Of a stretch of 64,000 nucleotides of DNA, positions 10,627-21,004 are shown piece after piece. Every line of letters starts with the position of its first letter. Position 1 is the first letter of the stretch. Position numbers and translations under genes: made by a program. The stretch covers positions 179,374 to 243,373 of the forward strand of contig NZ_JAVERI010000003.1 in the NCBI RefSeq assembly GCF_034007205.1, given 5' to 3'. Source of the stretch: Thiomonas sp. (GTDB lineage: Bacteria; Pseudomonadota; Gammaproteobacteria; Burkholderiales; Burkholderiaceae_C). The notes below the pieces were generated by a model that was not told the DNA's origin, did no database searches, and worked only from the letters and a program-made list of their open reading frames with translations.

Positions 10627-12026
10627 AAACCCTAATCCGGGCCGGGTGGTCCGTGCTGCGTTTGCTGGGCGCAGCGTGCATCGGGCTGACGCTCGGTCTG
10701 GCGGTGTCGATCGCGGCGACGCCGGGCGGCATAGGTGGAACGGGCATCGAGCCCGGCGGTATCGGCGGTACCGGCATCAGCCCCGGCGGCATCGGCGGCA
10801 CGGGCATCGTTGCCATTGGCCCGATTCAGCGCTTTGGCAGTATTTTCGTCAATGGAGGCGAGTACGAATTACCGGCGAACACGCGCTATCGCGTCGATGG
10901 AGAGCCTGCGACCGAGGGCAGCCTGCATCTGGGCGACATGGTGCGCGTGCGCGCTGTGCAGCAGCGCGGGCGTCTGGAATCTCTGGTGGTGGACGTGGAC
11001 CATGCGGTGATCGGTCGGGTATCGCACTTGGACCGGTCTGCGGGTCGGGTGGTCGTGCTGGGACAGACCCTTCAATTGCAGCCCGCTACCTTGCTGCGCG
11101 CGGCAGACGATCAGCCTTTGTCGCTTTCCCGGTTGGCCGTGGGCGACGTGGTGCGCGTCAGCGCGCTCGATCAAGGCGGCGGGCATTGGCTGGCGACGCG
11201 CTTGACGCGACTCACTGCGTCGCCCGCCAAGGACGGCTCGCCGTTCCTGCTGCGCGGCAGGATCGAGGCGCAGGCGTCTGATCCGCGGCGGATCAGGATC
11301 AACGGCGTCTGGTTCTCGCTGCGCATCGGCCTGGCTCGATCCGGGCTGGCAGTCGGCGCCGAGGTCGTGGCGCGTGGGCGTCAGCAGAGTCGGACGAATG
11401 TGATCGAGTCGCTGCGGCCGATGACGGCGATCGACGCGCCCATAGGGTCGCGTGTGGCGATGGTGGGCTATCTGCGGCCGACTGCACAAGGTTGGGCCTC
11501 GCAGGGCTTGCGCATCAACGCAGCCGATGCGCTGATGAACGCGCAGTTGCAGGCCGCTGCCCGGTCGCGGGCCGCGCCGGTGTTCATCGTCGGCACACTC
11601 ACGGCGTCGCAGACGGTTGTGGCCGAGCGCGTGATCCCGAATGTGAATGCCATGCAATTTGCACTGCCTCCTCTGGGCGGCGCACGGACGACTGACACTC
11701 AAACGGGCGATGTGAGCTCGGTGCCTTCGCTCATGTCGAATGGGGCGAAGACGAACATCCAGGTCCCCTCCTTTGCAGTCCCGGCGCTGCCCGCAGTGAA
11801 CCCACCGGGGTTCATCGCGCCACCAATGCCTGCGGTTCCCGCCATGCCCGCCGTGCCGCAAATGCCCACGGTCAACGTGCCCTCCGTCGCGCCGCCCAGC
11901 GTTTCGCCGCCGCAAGTGCCGACAGTCACTCCACCGACAGTGGCCCCGCCTGCGGTGAATATGCCCAGCGTCACCCCGCCCTCCTTGCCCAGCGGCGTGC
12001 AGATGCCCAGCATGCCGCGCCCATGA
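10623..12026 (+). CDS. Secreted DUF5666-like protein with Pro-rich C-terminal tail
   Basis: Signal peptide, three GGIGGTGI repeats, GPIQRFGSIFVNG, and a tail PTVNVPSVAPPSVSPPQVPTVTPP. Confidence 0.7.
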   Translation: MKTLIRAGWSVLRLLGAACIGLTLGLAVSIAATPGGIGGTGIEPGGIGGTGISPGGIGGTGIVAIGPIQRFGSIFVNGGEYELPANTRYRVDGEPATEGSLHLGDMVRVRAVQQRGRLESLVVDVDHAVIGRVSHLDRSAGRVVVLGQTLQLQPATLLRAADDQPLSLSRLAVGDVVRVSALDQGGGHWLATRLTRLTASPAKDGSPFLLRGRIEAQASDPRRIRINGVWFSLRIGLARSGLAVGAEVVARGRQQSRTNVIESLRPMTAIDAPIGSRVAMVGYLRPTAQGWASQGLRINAADALMNAQLQAAARSRAAPVFIVGTLTASQTVVAERVIPNVNAMQFALPPLGGARTTDTQTGDVSSVPSLMSNGAKTNIQVPSFAVPALPAVNPPGFIAPPMPAVPAMPAVPQMPTVNVPSVAPPSVSPPQVPTVTPPTVAPPAVNMPSVTPPSLPSGVQMPSMPRP

Positions 12027-12053
12027 AAAAAGCCAGCTTGCGCTGGCCTTTTC
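12026..12053. terminator. Bidirectional rho-independent terminator
   Basis: aaaaaa-gccagc-ttgc-gctggc-ctttt. Confidence 0.7.
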
Positions 12054-12069
12054 ATGGGCATGGGACAGG

Positions 12070-12852
12070 TCAGAACACGATCTGGCCGCCGATGCCGACG
12101 CCGAAGTTGGCGCTGCTGTGGCTCAGTCCCTTGTCGACATACACCTGAAATCCGCTGCCGTTCGGGGTGAGGTTGTAATTCCAGGCGGCGATCAGGTCGG
12201 AGGGAGCGGGCGCGCCGGCAACCAGAGCCTGCTGAGCGGCATACATCAGGGTGAAGATGTTCTGCTGACTGGCCGCATAGCTGGCGCCCAACTGATAGAC
12301 GGCGATATTGCGCAGATTCTGTCCGGTCGGGTTGCCCACGAAACGGTAGCCCAGATTGGCGAACGGGAACCAGTTGTTGCCGATGATCTGCTGCAAGCCC
12401 ACGCCCAGCTCATAGTCGTTCTTGCCGGTTCCCAGACCGTTGTCGGATGAAGCGGTGCCGAATTTGATCTTGGCGTAAGGCGTGATCGACGGCGTGAGAC
12501 CCACGCCCTGGAAAATCTTGTAATGTCCAGCCAGCCACACATCGCCCAGGCCGCTGGCAGAATGGGTTTGCGTGGAACTGCCGCCGCCCACGACGGTGTT
12601 TCCAGAAAGGGTGGAGCCCACGGGAAGGCCGCTTTCGGAAACATAGGGGACGGTGAGTTTGACGCGCCAGTCGTTGCCGTCGCCATACTGAATGTCGGTG
12701 GCGTCGTAGCGGATGTTGATGTTGTTGTTCGTGCCGAACTTGCCCTGGAAAAAGGACAAGGTGTTGCCGACGGTCAGCGCCGGTTCGGCATGGGCGGTGC
12801 AAACGCCGCCCAGAGCAAGCAGGGCGGCGATGAGGGTGGGACGAAGGGCCAT
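12070..12852 (-). CDS. Outer-membrane beta-barrel protein (MetA-pathway/transporter-type porin-like)
   Basis: Signal peptide MALRPTLIAALLALGGVCTAHA, an alternating beta-strand pattern and a C-terminal Phe. Confidence 0.7.
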   Translation of the reverse strand: MALRPTLIAALLALGGVCTAHAEPALTVGNTLSFFQGKFGTNNNINIRYDATDIQYGDGNDWRVKLTVPYVSESGLPVGSTLSGNTVVGGGSSTQTHSASGLGDVWLAGHYKIFQGVGLTPSITPYAKIKFGTASSDNGLGTGKNDYELGVGLQQIIGNNWFPFANLGYRFVGNPTGQNLRNIAVYQLGASYAASQQNIFTLMYAAQQALVAGAPAPSDLIAAWNYNLTPNGSGFQVYVDKGLSHSSANFGVGIGGQIVF

Positions 12853-13034
12853 GGTGTGATCTCGCGCGAGAAGGGATGAGGAAGACGAATCGACCGAAAA
12901 GGCCAAATCCTTTATTTGTGGGAAATTCTCACACAATTAGCGAATCTGATCCTTGTCGAATCGCAATCCGGCGTGTCGGGAACCGACAAGCTCGCCGCCG
13001 CCTGAGCGACCGGAGGGCAGTCCAGTGAGCGTCC

Positions 13035-14075
13035 ATGAAGCGCTGGTATTCTGACGGCCCGTCCCGTTTTCTCATTCTCCGAGTCCGAAACATGAGCGCA
13101 TCGCCCCCCGATCATCCTTCGCAGCGTTCTGAGCCGCCTGCCCAACCCGGTGCATGGGAGCGGCAGGTGCTGGAAAAGCTGGTGCTGGAAGTGGTGACCG
13201 AAAAGCGCCGCGCGCGGCGCTGGTCGATTTTTTTCCGCTTTGTACTGCTCGGCATCGTGGCGCTCATCTTTTTCGGCGGCATGGTGGCGGAGTTCGGCAA
13301 CGGCACCATCACCGGGCCGCATACGGCGCTGATCGAGCTCAACGGCGAGATTGCCATCGATTCGCAGGCCAGCGCCGACAACATCAACACCGCCCTGCGG
13401 GATGCGTTCTCCAATCCGCAGACCCGCGGGGTCATCCTGCGCATCAACAGCCCGGGGGGCAGCCCGGTGCAGGCCAGCCAGATCTTTGCCGAGATCGAGC
13501 GGCTGCGTGCCAAATACGACAAGCCGGTCTATGCCGTGTGTGAGGAGGTCTGTGCCTCGGGCGCCTACTACGTGGCGGCGGCGGCCAATGACATCTATGT
13601 GAATCCGGCCAGTCTGGTGGGTTCCATCGGCGTGTTGATGGACGGTTTTGGTTTTTCCGGCCTGTTGGACAAACTGGGTGTGACGCGCCGCTTGCTCACC
13701 GCGGGCACCAACAAGGGGTTCATGGACCCCTTCACGCCCATGCCAGAAGACCAGAAGGCCTACGCGCTGGGCATGCTGGAGCAGATTCACAAGCAGTTCA
13801 TCGCGGCCGTGGAGAAGGGGCGCGGCGCGCGCCTGAAGGTGAATGACCAGACCTTCTCCGGTCTGGTGTGGACGGGGCAATCCGCGGTGCAGCAAGGCCT
13901 GGCCGACGGCTACGGCGACGTGGACCAGATTGCGCGCGACAAGATCAAGGCGCCGGAAATCGTCGACTACACCCTGCAGGAAAACGTGGCCGAGCGACTG
14001 GCCAAGCGTTTCGGCGCCTCGCTGGGCATGGGCGCGGTGCGCGAGCTTTCAAACCTGGGGTGGTCCTTGCGCTGA
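13035..14075 (+). CDS. sppA: Signal peptide peptidase SppA (S49, 36K type)
   Basis: INSPGGSPVQ and CASGAYYVAAAAN motifs. An alternative start exists at 13092. Confidence 0.85.
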   Translation: MKRWYSDGPSRFLILRVRNMSASPPDHPSQRSEPPAQPGAWERQVLEKLVLEVVTEKRRARRWSIFFRFVLLGIVALIFFGGMVAEFGNGTITGPHTALIELNGEIAIDSQASADNINTALRDAFSNPQTRGVILRINSPGGSPVQASQIFAEIERLRAKYDKPVYAVCEEVCASGAYYVAAAANDIYVNPASLVGSIGVLMDGFGFSGLLDKLGVTRRLLTAGTNKGFMDPFTPMPEDQKAYALGMLEQIHKQFIAAVEKGRGARLKVNDQTFSGLVWTGQSAVQQGLADGYGDVDQIARDKIKAPEIVDYTLQENVAERLAKRFGASLGMGAVRELSNLGWSLR

Positions 14076-14083
14076 TCCGATTC

Positions 14084-14689
14084 TTATCGCTGCGCCCGCG
14101 CCAGTACATCGAAACCGCTCAGGCGCAGCATGTCGCACAGGTCGATCAGCGCAAGGCCGGTCAGGGCGGTCGGATCGTCGCTGCGCATGTGCTTGAGCAA
14201 GGCGGGTCCGAGCGATTCCGAGCGGGCGCTGCCTGCGCAGTCGTAGGGTGCGTCCAGCGCAAGGTAGGTCTCGATTTCCACCGGGCTCAAGGTGCGGAAT
14301 CGCACTTCGGTGGGACAGTTGCGCAACTGCATGCCGCCGTCAGGCGCGATGACGCAAACCGCGGTGTGAAACACGGCGTCACGTCCGCTGAGGCGCTGCA
14401 ACTGAGAGACCGCAACCGCATGTGTGCCTGGCTTGCCCAGCGTCTCGTCGCCCAGCATGCACACCTGATCGGAGCCGATCACCCAGCAGCCTGGGGAGTG
14501 GCGCGCGACCGCAGAGGCTTTCTCCGCAGCCAGCCGCAGCGCCAGATCGAGCGCGGACTCGCCGGCCCGGCGCGTTTCGTTCACACCGGGGGCGCGGATC
14601 GAAAACGGCACTCGCAGACGCCGCAGCAATTCGGCGCGATAGGGCGAAGTCGAGGCGAGAACCAGAGCGGAATCGGCGGGCTGCGTCAT
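14084..14689 (-). CDS. Maf-like nucleoside triphosphate pyrophosphatase (YceF type)
   Basis: LVLASTSPYRAELLRRL. Its ATG overlaps the upstream stop codon (ATGA at 14687-14691). Confidence 0.85.
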   Translation of the reverse strand: MTQPADSALVLASTSPYRAELLRRLRVPFSIRAPGVNETRRAGESALDLALRLAAEKASAVARHSPGCWVIGSDQVCMLGDETLGKPGTHAVAVSQLQRLSGRDAVFHTAVCVIAPDGGMQLRNCPTEVRFRTLSPVEIETYLALDAPYDCAGSARSESLGPALLKHMRSDDPTALTGLALIDLCDMLRLSGFDVLARAQR

Positions 14690-15114
14690 CAATGCTCGCC
14701 GAAGAACCGGCCGTGCAGCCACGCGCCGATGAGGATGCCTGCGATGCTCAGCAGCAGTGGCCAGTTGCCCACGCCGAGTCCCGCGATGGCCGGACCCGGA
14801 CACACGCCGCTCAGACCCCAACCCACGCCAAAGATCGCCGCGCCGATCAGGGTGCGCGCATCCAGGTGCGAGGGGTGCTTGCCGAACACCACACCGAACA
14901 CGGGTCGCTTCATCAATCGCGGCAGCAGGTGGTAGGCGATGAAGGTCACGCCCGCAGCGCCCCCCATCACCAGCAGCAGGCCGAGATTCTTGAGCAGCAG
15001 AAACTGCAGAATGACCTCGGGCTTGACCATGGTGGACAGCGCCAGCCCGAAACCGAACAGCGTGCCTGCGAACAAGGCCGAGAGCATCACGGCGAAAGGA
15101 GGAACGCGCTGCAT
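14689..15114 (-). CDS. YeeE/YedE family membrane protein (second half-size paralogue)
   Basis: GWGLSGVCPGP motif and multiple TM segments. Confidence 0.8.
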   Translation of the reverse strand: MQRVPPFAVMLSALFAGTLFGFGLALSTMVKPEVILQFLLLKNLGLLLVMGGAAGVTFIAYHLLPRLMKRPVFGVVFGKHPSHLDARTLIGAAIFGVGWGLSGVCPGPAIAGLGVGNWPLLLSIAGILIGAWLHGRFFGEH

Positions 15115-15115
15115 C

Positions 15116-15601
15116 TCAGAACCCTCCCAAAGCACGGACCATATGCGCCGTGACAATGGCGGTGCACAGAAAAATGAGGACCGCGAGGATGGAAGGCAAC
15201 TGTCCCGAGCCCACGCCGCAGATGCCGTGTCCCGAGGTGCAGCCCCCGCCCATGCGGGCGCCGAATCCGCCGATGATGCCGCCAGCGAACAACTGCCACA
15301 GCGGCACCTTGGTGACGAAGCCCTCGCCGTGACCGAGGGTGTAGGTGAACACCACCGCGCCCATGATGAGACCCAGCCCATACATCAAACGCCAGTTACG
15401 GGTCGAGATGAACTTTTCGTGTTGAAAGAACGGATGGCGCGAAATCAGCGACCAGACTGCCGAGTAGGCCGTGCTGATGCCGCCGATCAGGCCCGTCAGC
15501 CAGAACAGCACGCTCACGCCCAGGCCGATGAACAAGCCGCCAATCAGAAAATGTTCCCATCCCGTCGGGAACCACTGCGCGATACTGGTCATATGTCTCA
15601 T
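15116..15601 (-). CDS. YeeE/YedE family membrane protein (first half-size paralogue)
   Basis: GGGCTSGHGICG motif and multiple TM segments. Confidence 0.8.
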   Translation of the reverse strand: MRHMTSIAQWFPTGWEHFLIGGLFIGLGVSVLFWLTGLIGGISTAYSAVWSLISRHPFFQHEKFISTRNWRLMYGLGLIMGAVVFTYTLGHGEGFVTKVPLWQLFAGGIIGGFGARMGGGCTSGHGICGVGSGQLPSILAVLIFLCTAIVTAHMVRALGGF

Positions 15602-15711
15602 CCTCTTTGGTGGGTGGAAGTGATATGGATCACTCTCTATACATACTCCACAGTGTAAGAGCGAGCCTGCCTGCTGTCTCGGCGAGATGTAGCAGTCGGT
15701 AAACTTGAGTC

Positions 15712-16299
15712 ATGTCCCAACTTCCCGCCACAAACTCTGCCGACAAGGGGGCGATGCCGCCTCGCGCGCTGGCTTTGTTCGATTTCGCCCGCTCCGAAGG
15801 CGCTCTGCAAGGCGGGGTTCCGCTGACGGACCTGCCCCGTCTGCTCGAACTATTGTCGAGCACGCAAGGGGCCGCGGTGCAATGGGCGCTCAAGGGCTTT
15901 GAGCGAGAACGGATCGGCATGCGACCGCAGGCCATGGTGACTTTGGAGGTTCGCGCCGAGCTCCCGCTGATTTGCCAGCGTTGCCTGCAGGAAATGCGCC
16001 ATCCGGTTGACGAGGCCGTCGATTTTCGCTTGGTGACCGCGGAGCCGGAACTGACTCAGGCCGAAATCGAGGCCGAAGACGAGGCCTTGCCCGCGGCCCA
16101 GCCCGTGGACGTGCTCAGCCTCATTGAGGATCAGCTCATTCTCGCCCTCCCCACCGTGCCTTTGCATGATCGCTGCCCGTCGCAAGGTGAGTCCGTCGCG
16201 GCGCCGACACATACCCTGAATGAGCCGTCTGCCGAACCGCGACAGCACCCCTTTGCCAACCTGCGCGAACTGATCGAGGGTGAAAAAAAGAATCGATAG
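15712..16299 (+). CDS. yceD: YceD/DUF177 23S rRNA accumulation protein
   Basis: CQRCL...C motif and the conserved position upstream of rpmF. Confidence 0.85.
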   Translation: MSQLPATNSADKGAMPPRALALFDFARSEGALQGGVPLTDLPRLLELLSSTQGAAVQWALKGFERERIGMRPQAMVTLEVRAELPLICQRCLQEMRHPVDEAVDFRLVTAEPELTQAEIEAEDEALPAAQPVDVLSLIEDQLILALPTVPLHDRCPSQGESVAAPTHTLNEPSAEPRQHPFANLRELIEGEKKNR

Positions 16300-16360
16300 G
16301 GGGCCTGTATCGCAAGAAAGCCCTCGCATATAATGATTGGCTTTTTCACAGGGGATTGCC

Positions 16361-16543
16361 ATGGCCGTCCAGCAAAACAAGAAATCACCTTCGAAACGCG
16401 GCATGCACCGCGCCCATCAGTTCTTGAGCGCGCCGCCGCTGGCTGTGGAGCCGACTACGGGCGAGGCGCATCTGCGCCACCACATCAGCCCGAACGGTTT
16501 TTACCGTGGGCGCAAAGTGGTCAAGACCAAATCTGACGAGTAA
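16361..16543 (+). CDS. rpmF: 50S ribosomal protein L32
   Basis: [19 protein letters not shown]. Confidence 0.95.
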   Translation: MAVQQNKKSPSKRGMHRAHQFLSAPPLAVEPTTGEAHLRHHISPNGFYRGRKVVKTKSDE

Positions 16544-16651
16544 GCGCTTGCCTTCGCGCACCCTGCGCATCACGTGCGGCCAGCAAATGCGGGGCGAACG
16601 GTTGCCATGCGCGCTTGCGAAGGCGCTTTCGATGCTCGCGAGCGCTGCGTC

Positions 16652-17707
16652 ATGAGTTCCACTCTGGCCGTCGATCTGATGGGCGGAGACCATGGTCCGA
16701 GAGTGACCCTGCCGGCCTGTGCACGGTTCTTGCACGCTCATCCGGACAGTCGGCTGATCCTGGTCGGCCAGGCCGAGATGTCGATGCTGCTGCTGGAATC
16801 GCTGCGACTCAATGGCGATGCGCGCGTCGAATTCGTCGCGGCGAGCGAGTTGGTGACTTCCGACGATCCCATCGAGGTCGCGCTGCGCCGCAAACGCGAC
16901 TCGTCCATGCGCCGCGCCATCGAGTTGGTGCGCGACGGCCGCGCCCAGGCCTGCGTGTCGGCAGGAAACACCGGCGCCCTGATGGCGCTGGCGCGCTATC
17001 TGCTCAAGACCCTGCTCGACATCGAGCGGCCGGCCATCGCCACCTATCTGCCCAACCAGAAGGGCGAGGGCACGTTGATGCTCGATCTGGGCGCCAACGT
17101 CGATTGCGAGCCGCTGCACCTGCTGCAGTTCGCCGTCATGGGCACGGCGTATGCGGCGGCCGGCGGGCATGCGCAGCCGACGGTGGGTCTGCTCAATATC
17201 GGCGAAGAGGTGATCAAGGGCAACGACACCATCAAGCGCGCTGCCGAACTGCTGCGCGAAGCCGATGCGCTCGGACGCCTGCGTTTTTATGGCAATGTCG
17301 AAGGCAACGACATCTTCAAGGGCACGACCGATATCGTCGTGTGCGATGGCTTTGTCGGCAATGTCGCGCTCAAGACCTCCGAAGGGCTGGCGCAGATGCT
17401 TTCCGGCATGATCCGCGAGGAGTTCACCCGCACGCCGCTGAGCAAGTTGATGGCGCTGCTGGCCATGCCGGTGCTCAAGCGATTGCGCAAGCGCGTCGAT
17501 CACCGCCGCTACAACGGCGCGGCCCTGCTGGGCCTGCGCGGCCTGGTCGTCAAGAGCCACGGCTCGGCGGATGCCTTCGGCTTCGAGCAGGCGCTGCTGC
17601 GCGCGCACGAGGCGGTGCAGGGCGATGTGGTGCGCCATACCGAACGTATTCTCGAAGTGATGCACGAGTCATCACCCCACGGGGCCCCATTCGCTCCGGC
17701 GAGTTGA
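16652..17707 (+). CDS. plsX: Phosphate acyltransferase PlsX
   Basis: [20 protein letters not shown]. Confidence 0.92.
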   Translation: MSSTLAVDLMGGDHGPRVTLPACARFLHAHPDSRLILVGQAEMSMLLLESLRLNGDARVEFVAASELVTSDDPIEVALRRKRDSSMRRAIELVRDGRAQACVSAGNTGALMALARYLLKTLLDIERPAIATYLPNQKGEGTLMLDLGANVDCEPLHLLQFAVMGTAYAAAGGHAQPTVGLLNIGEEVIKGNDTIKRAAELLREADALGRLRFYGNVEGNDIFKGTTDIVVCDGFVGNVALKTSEGLAQMLSGMIREEFTRTPLSKLMALLAMPVLKRLRKRVDHRRYNGAALLGLRGLVVKSHGSADAFGFEQALLRAHEAVQGDVVRHTERILEVMHESSPHGAPFAPAS

Positions 17708-17744
17708 GCGACTCCGCTTCGCACCTTTCCGAACGATCTGCTCC

Positions 17745-18722
17745 ATGCCTTCCTATTCCCGAATTTCCGGCACTGGTGGCGCGCTGCCCCCGCGCAAAAT
17801 CAGCAACGACGAGCTCGCCGCCGATCTGGCCAGGCGCGGCGTCGAAACCAGCGACGAGTGGATCGTGGCGCGCACCGGCATCCGCTTCCGCCACTTCGCA
17901 GAAGAAGGGACGACCAGCGTCGATCTGGGGGAACAAGCCGCCCGCCGTGCGCTCGAAGCGGCGGGACTGCAGGCCCAGGACATCGGTCTGATCATCGTGG
18001 CCACGTCCACGCCGGACATGATCTTTCCGTCCAATGCCGCGCTCATCCAGGGACGTCTCGGTGCGGCCGGAGGCGCCGCCTTCGATGTGCAGGCGGTCTG
18101 CGCCGGATTCGTCTACGCCCTGACCGTGGCCGACCAATTCGTGCGCAGCGGCATGGCGCAGCATGCCCTGATCGTAGGCACGGAGGTTTTTTCGCGGATT
18201 CTCGATTTCAACGATCGCACCACCTGCGTGCTGTTCGGCGATGGCGCGGGCGCCGTGGTGCTCAGCGCGAGCGAGACGCCGGGCGTGCTGGCCAGCGCGC
18301 TGCATGCGGATGGCCGTCAAGCGTCCATTCTGTGCACCCCTGGGTGCGTGGCCAGCGGCCAGGTCGCGGGCAGTCCCTTCCTGAAAATGGATGGGCAGGC
18401 CGTGTTCAAGCAGGCGGTGCATGTGCTCGAAGACGTGGCCCGCGAGGCACTGGCCAAGGCCGGCCGCCTTCCCGCCGATGTGGACTGGATGGTGCCGCAT
18501 CAGGCCAATATCCGCATCATGACGCATACGGCCAGGAAGCTCGGCATTGCGCTGGACAAAATCGTCGTGACGGTCGATCAGCACGGCAACACCTCGGCCG
18601 CCTCGATTCCGCTGGCGCTCGATGTCGCGGTGCGCAGCGGGCAGATACACCGCGGCGACACCTTGCTGTTCGAGGCGGTCGGCGGCGGGTTGACCTGGGG
18701 CGCTGCGGTCGTCGATTACTGA
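17745..18722 (+). CDS. fabH: 3-oxoacyl-ACP synthase III
   Basis: [10 protein letters not shown] active-site Cys, [16 protein letters not shown]. Confidence 0.95.
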   Translation: MPSYSRISGTGGALPPRKISNDELAADLARRGVETSDEWIVARTGIRFRHFAEEGTTSVDLGEQAARRALEAAGLQAQDIGLIIVATSTPDMIFPSNAALIQGRLGAAGGAAFDVQAVCAGFVYALTVADQFVRSGMAQHALIVGTEVFSRILDFNDRTTCVLFGDGAGAVVLSASETPGVLASALHADGRQASILCTPGCVASGQVAGSPFLKMDGQAVFKQAVHVLEDVAREALAKAGRLPADVDWMVPHQANIRIMTHTARKLGIALDKIVVTVDQHGNTSAASIPLALDVAVRSGQIHRGDTLLFEAVGGGLTWGAAVVDY

Positions 18723-18744
18723 GTTTTTTCTACTCCCTTCCGCC

Positions 18745-19680
18745 ATGACATTCGCCTTCGTTTTTCCCGGACAAGGTTCACAGTCCGTCGGCATGCTCGA
18801 CAAAGTGGCCGCTCACCCTGCCGTGCGCGCCACCTTGGAGGAAGCCGGCGCGGCGTTGGGGCAGGATGTGGGCGCCCTGATCGCGCAGGGTCCAGCCGAG
18901 CAACTCAATCTCACCACCAACACCCAACCCGTCATGCTCACTGCGGGCGTGGCGCTTTACCGCCTATGGCTGGCCGAGGGCGGGCGCAAGCCCGATTGCG
19001 TCGCCGGACACAGTCTGGGCGAATACACCGCGCTGGTGGCGGCCGAAAGCCTGACGCTGGGCGACGCCTTGCCCCTGGTGCGCTTTCGCGCCCAGGCCAT
19101 GCAGGAGGCGGTTCCCGTCGGCGCGGGCGGCATGGCCGCCGTGCTCGGTCTGGACGATGCCGCGGTGCGCGCCGGATGTGCCCAGGCTGCGCGTGAGACG
19201 GGGGAGGTGGTGGAAGCCGTCAATTTCAATGCGCCGGGTCAGGTGGTGATCGCCGGCACGCAGGCCGCCATCGCCCGCGCCTGCGAGGTGCTGAAGGCCG
19301 CAGGCGCCAAGCGCGCCTTGCCGCTGGCCGTTTCGGCGCCGTTTCACAGCAGTCTGCTGCAGGGCGCGGCCGACCGGTTGCGCGCCTATCTGCAAGGGGT
19401 GGCGATCAAGGCGCCACAGATCACCCTGATCAATAATGTCGATGTGGCGCACCCGACCGACCCCGAGTCGATCCGCGACGCGCTGGCGCGTCAGGCCTGC
19501 CATGCGGTGCGCTGGGTGGAGTGCGTGCAGGCCATTGCCAGGGCGGGCTGCTCCACGCTGGTCGAGTGCGGCCCGGGTAAGGTGCTGCACGGGCTCACGC
19601 GCCGGATCGACCCCGCACTGCAGTCTTTTGCCCTGGACGATCTGTCCGCGATTCCTTCCCTTCAAACGGCCCTGGCATGA
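18745..19680 (+). CDS. fabD: Malonyl CoA-ACP transacylase
   Basis: FVFPGQGSQ, GHSLGEY. Confidence 0.95.
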   Translation: MTFAFVFPGQGSQSVGMLDKVAAHPAVRATLEEAGAALGQDVGALIAQGPAEQLNLTTNTQPVMLTAGVALYRLWLAEGGRKPDCVAGHSLGEYTALVAAESLTLGDALPLVRFRAQAMQEAVPVGAGGMAAVLGLDDAAVRAGCAQAARETGEVVEAVNFNAPGQVVIAGTQAAIARACEVLKAAGAKRALPLAVSAPFHSSLLQGAADRLRAYLQGVAIKAPQITLINNVDVAHPTDPESIRDALARQACHAVRWVECVQAIARAGCSTLVECGPGKVLHGLTRRIDPALQSFALDDLSAIPSLQTALA

Positions 19681-20447
19681 GCAATTCATCTGCTGACACT
19701 TCAACCGCCCAAGCGTTCGCTGGCCAGATCGCATTGGTTACGGGCGCTTCGCGCGGCATCGGCGCGGCCATCGCCGCGGCTCTGGCGGCTGCGGGTGTTC
19801 GCGTCATCGGCACGGCCACCTCGGAGTCGGGCGCCCAGGCCATCACCGCAGCCTTGCAGTCTTTTGGCGGGCGCGGCGCGGTGCTCGACGTGAACGACGC
19901 CGATGCGGGCGCCGCGCTGGTCGACGAGACCGTCAAGGCCGAAGGCGGGCTGCACATCCTGGTGAACAATGCCGGCATCACCCGCGACACGCTGGCCATG
20001 CGCATGAGCGATGCTGACTGGGATGCGGTGATTTCGACCAATCTGAGCAGCGTGTTCCGCCTGTCGCGCGCCGTCATCCGCCCCATGATGAAGCAGCGCT
20101 ACGGCCGCATCATCAACATCACCTCGGTGGTCGGCGCCTCTGGCAACCCCGGCCAGGCCAATTACGCGGCGGCTAAGGCCGGTGTGGCGGGCATGACCCG
20201 GGCGCTGGCGCAGGAACTGGGCAGTCGCAACATCACCGTCAACTGCGTCGCACCGGGCTTCATCGATACCGACATGACCCGGGCGCTGACCGAGGCGCAA
20301 ACCCAGCCCATGCTGGCGCGAATTCCCCTGGGCCGTCTGGGCAGGCCCGAGGAGATCGCGCATGCCGTTTCTTTTCTTGCGTCGCCGCTGGCGGCGTATA
20401 TCACCGGGGCCGTGCTGCACGTCAATGGCGGCCTCTACATGCAATAA
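19677..20447 (+). CDS. fabG: 3-oxoacyl-ACP reductase
   Basis: [16 protein letters not shown]. Overlaps fabD by 4 nt. Confidence 0.95.
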   Translation: MSNSSADTSTAQAFAGQIALVTGASRGIGAAIAAALAAAGVRVIGTATSESGAQAITAALQSFGGRGAVLDVNDADAGAALVDETVKAEGGLHILVNNAGITRDTLAMRMSDADWDAVISTNLSSVFRLSRAVIRPMMKQRYGRIINITSVVGASGNPGQANYAAAKAGVAGMTRALAQELGSRNITVNCVAPGFIDTDMTRALTEAQTQPMLARIPLGRLGRPEEIAHAVSFLASPLAAYITGAVLHVNGGLYMQ

Positions 20448-20559
20448 GCCCTTGGCAAAACGCAACGACGTTGTCGCCGGACGAGGTTATGCTTTTGGGC
20501 CTATGGCCAAGCCCGCCTCGGCGCTTGCTAAAATTTTCATATTTCCACTGGAGGCTTCA

Positions 20560-20799
20560 ATGAGTGACATCGAACAGCGCGTCAAGAAAATCATCGCCGA
20601 GCAACTGGGTGTTGCAGAAGATCAGGTGACCAACGAAAAATCCTTCGTGGATGATCTGGGCGCCGATTCGCTGGACACCGTCGAACTGGTCATGGCGCTG
20701 GAAGACGAATTCCACATCGAGATTCCCGACGAAGACGCCGAGAAGATCACCACCGTGCAACTGGCTGTCGATTACGCCAAGGCGCACTACAAGGCCTGA
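20560..20799 (+). CDS. acpP: Acyl carrier protein
   Basis: [17 protein letters not shown]. Confidence 0.95.
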   Translation: MSDIEQRVKKIIAEQLGVAEDQVTNEKSFVDDLGADSLDTVELVMALEDEFHIEIPDEDAEKITTVQLAVDYAKAHYKA

Positions 20800-21004
20800 T
20801 GAAAGGTCGGCAAGCAGAGCCGGATTTTGTTGGGCCGCAGAGCTTTGTCGATTGACGGTTTCGTCAGCCTTTTTCGCCAGCTTTTTTGTCTGCCCGATGT
20901 GCGCTCTGAGCTTTTTTGAACCCACCTCGTTTTGACTCACCTTTGTTTGGCTCTCTATTGCTCGTGCCCGTGCGTCTGCGCTGGTGCGGCCTGCCTGATT
21001 TCAC

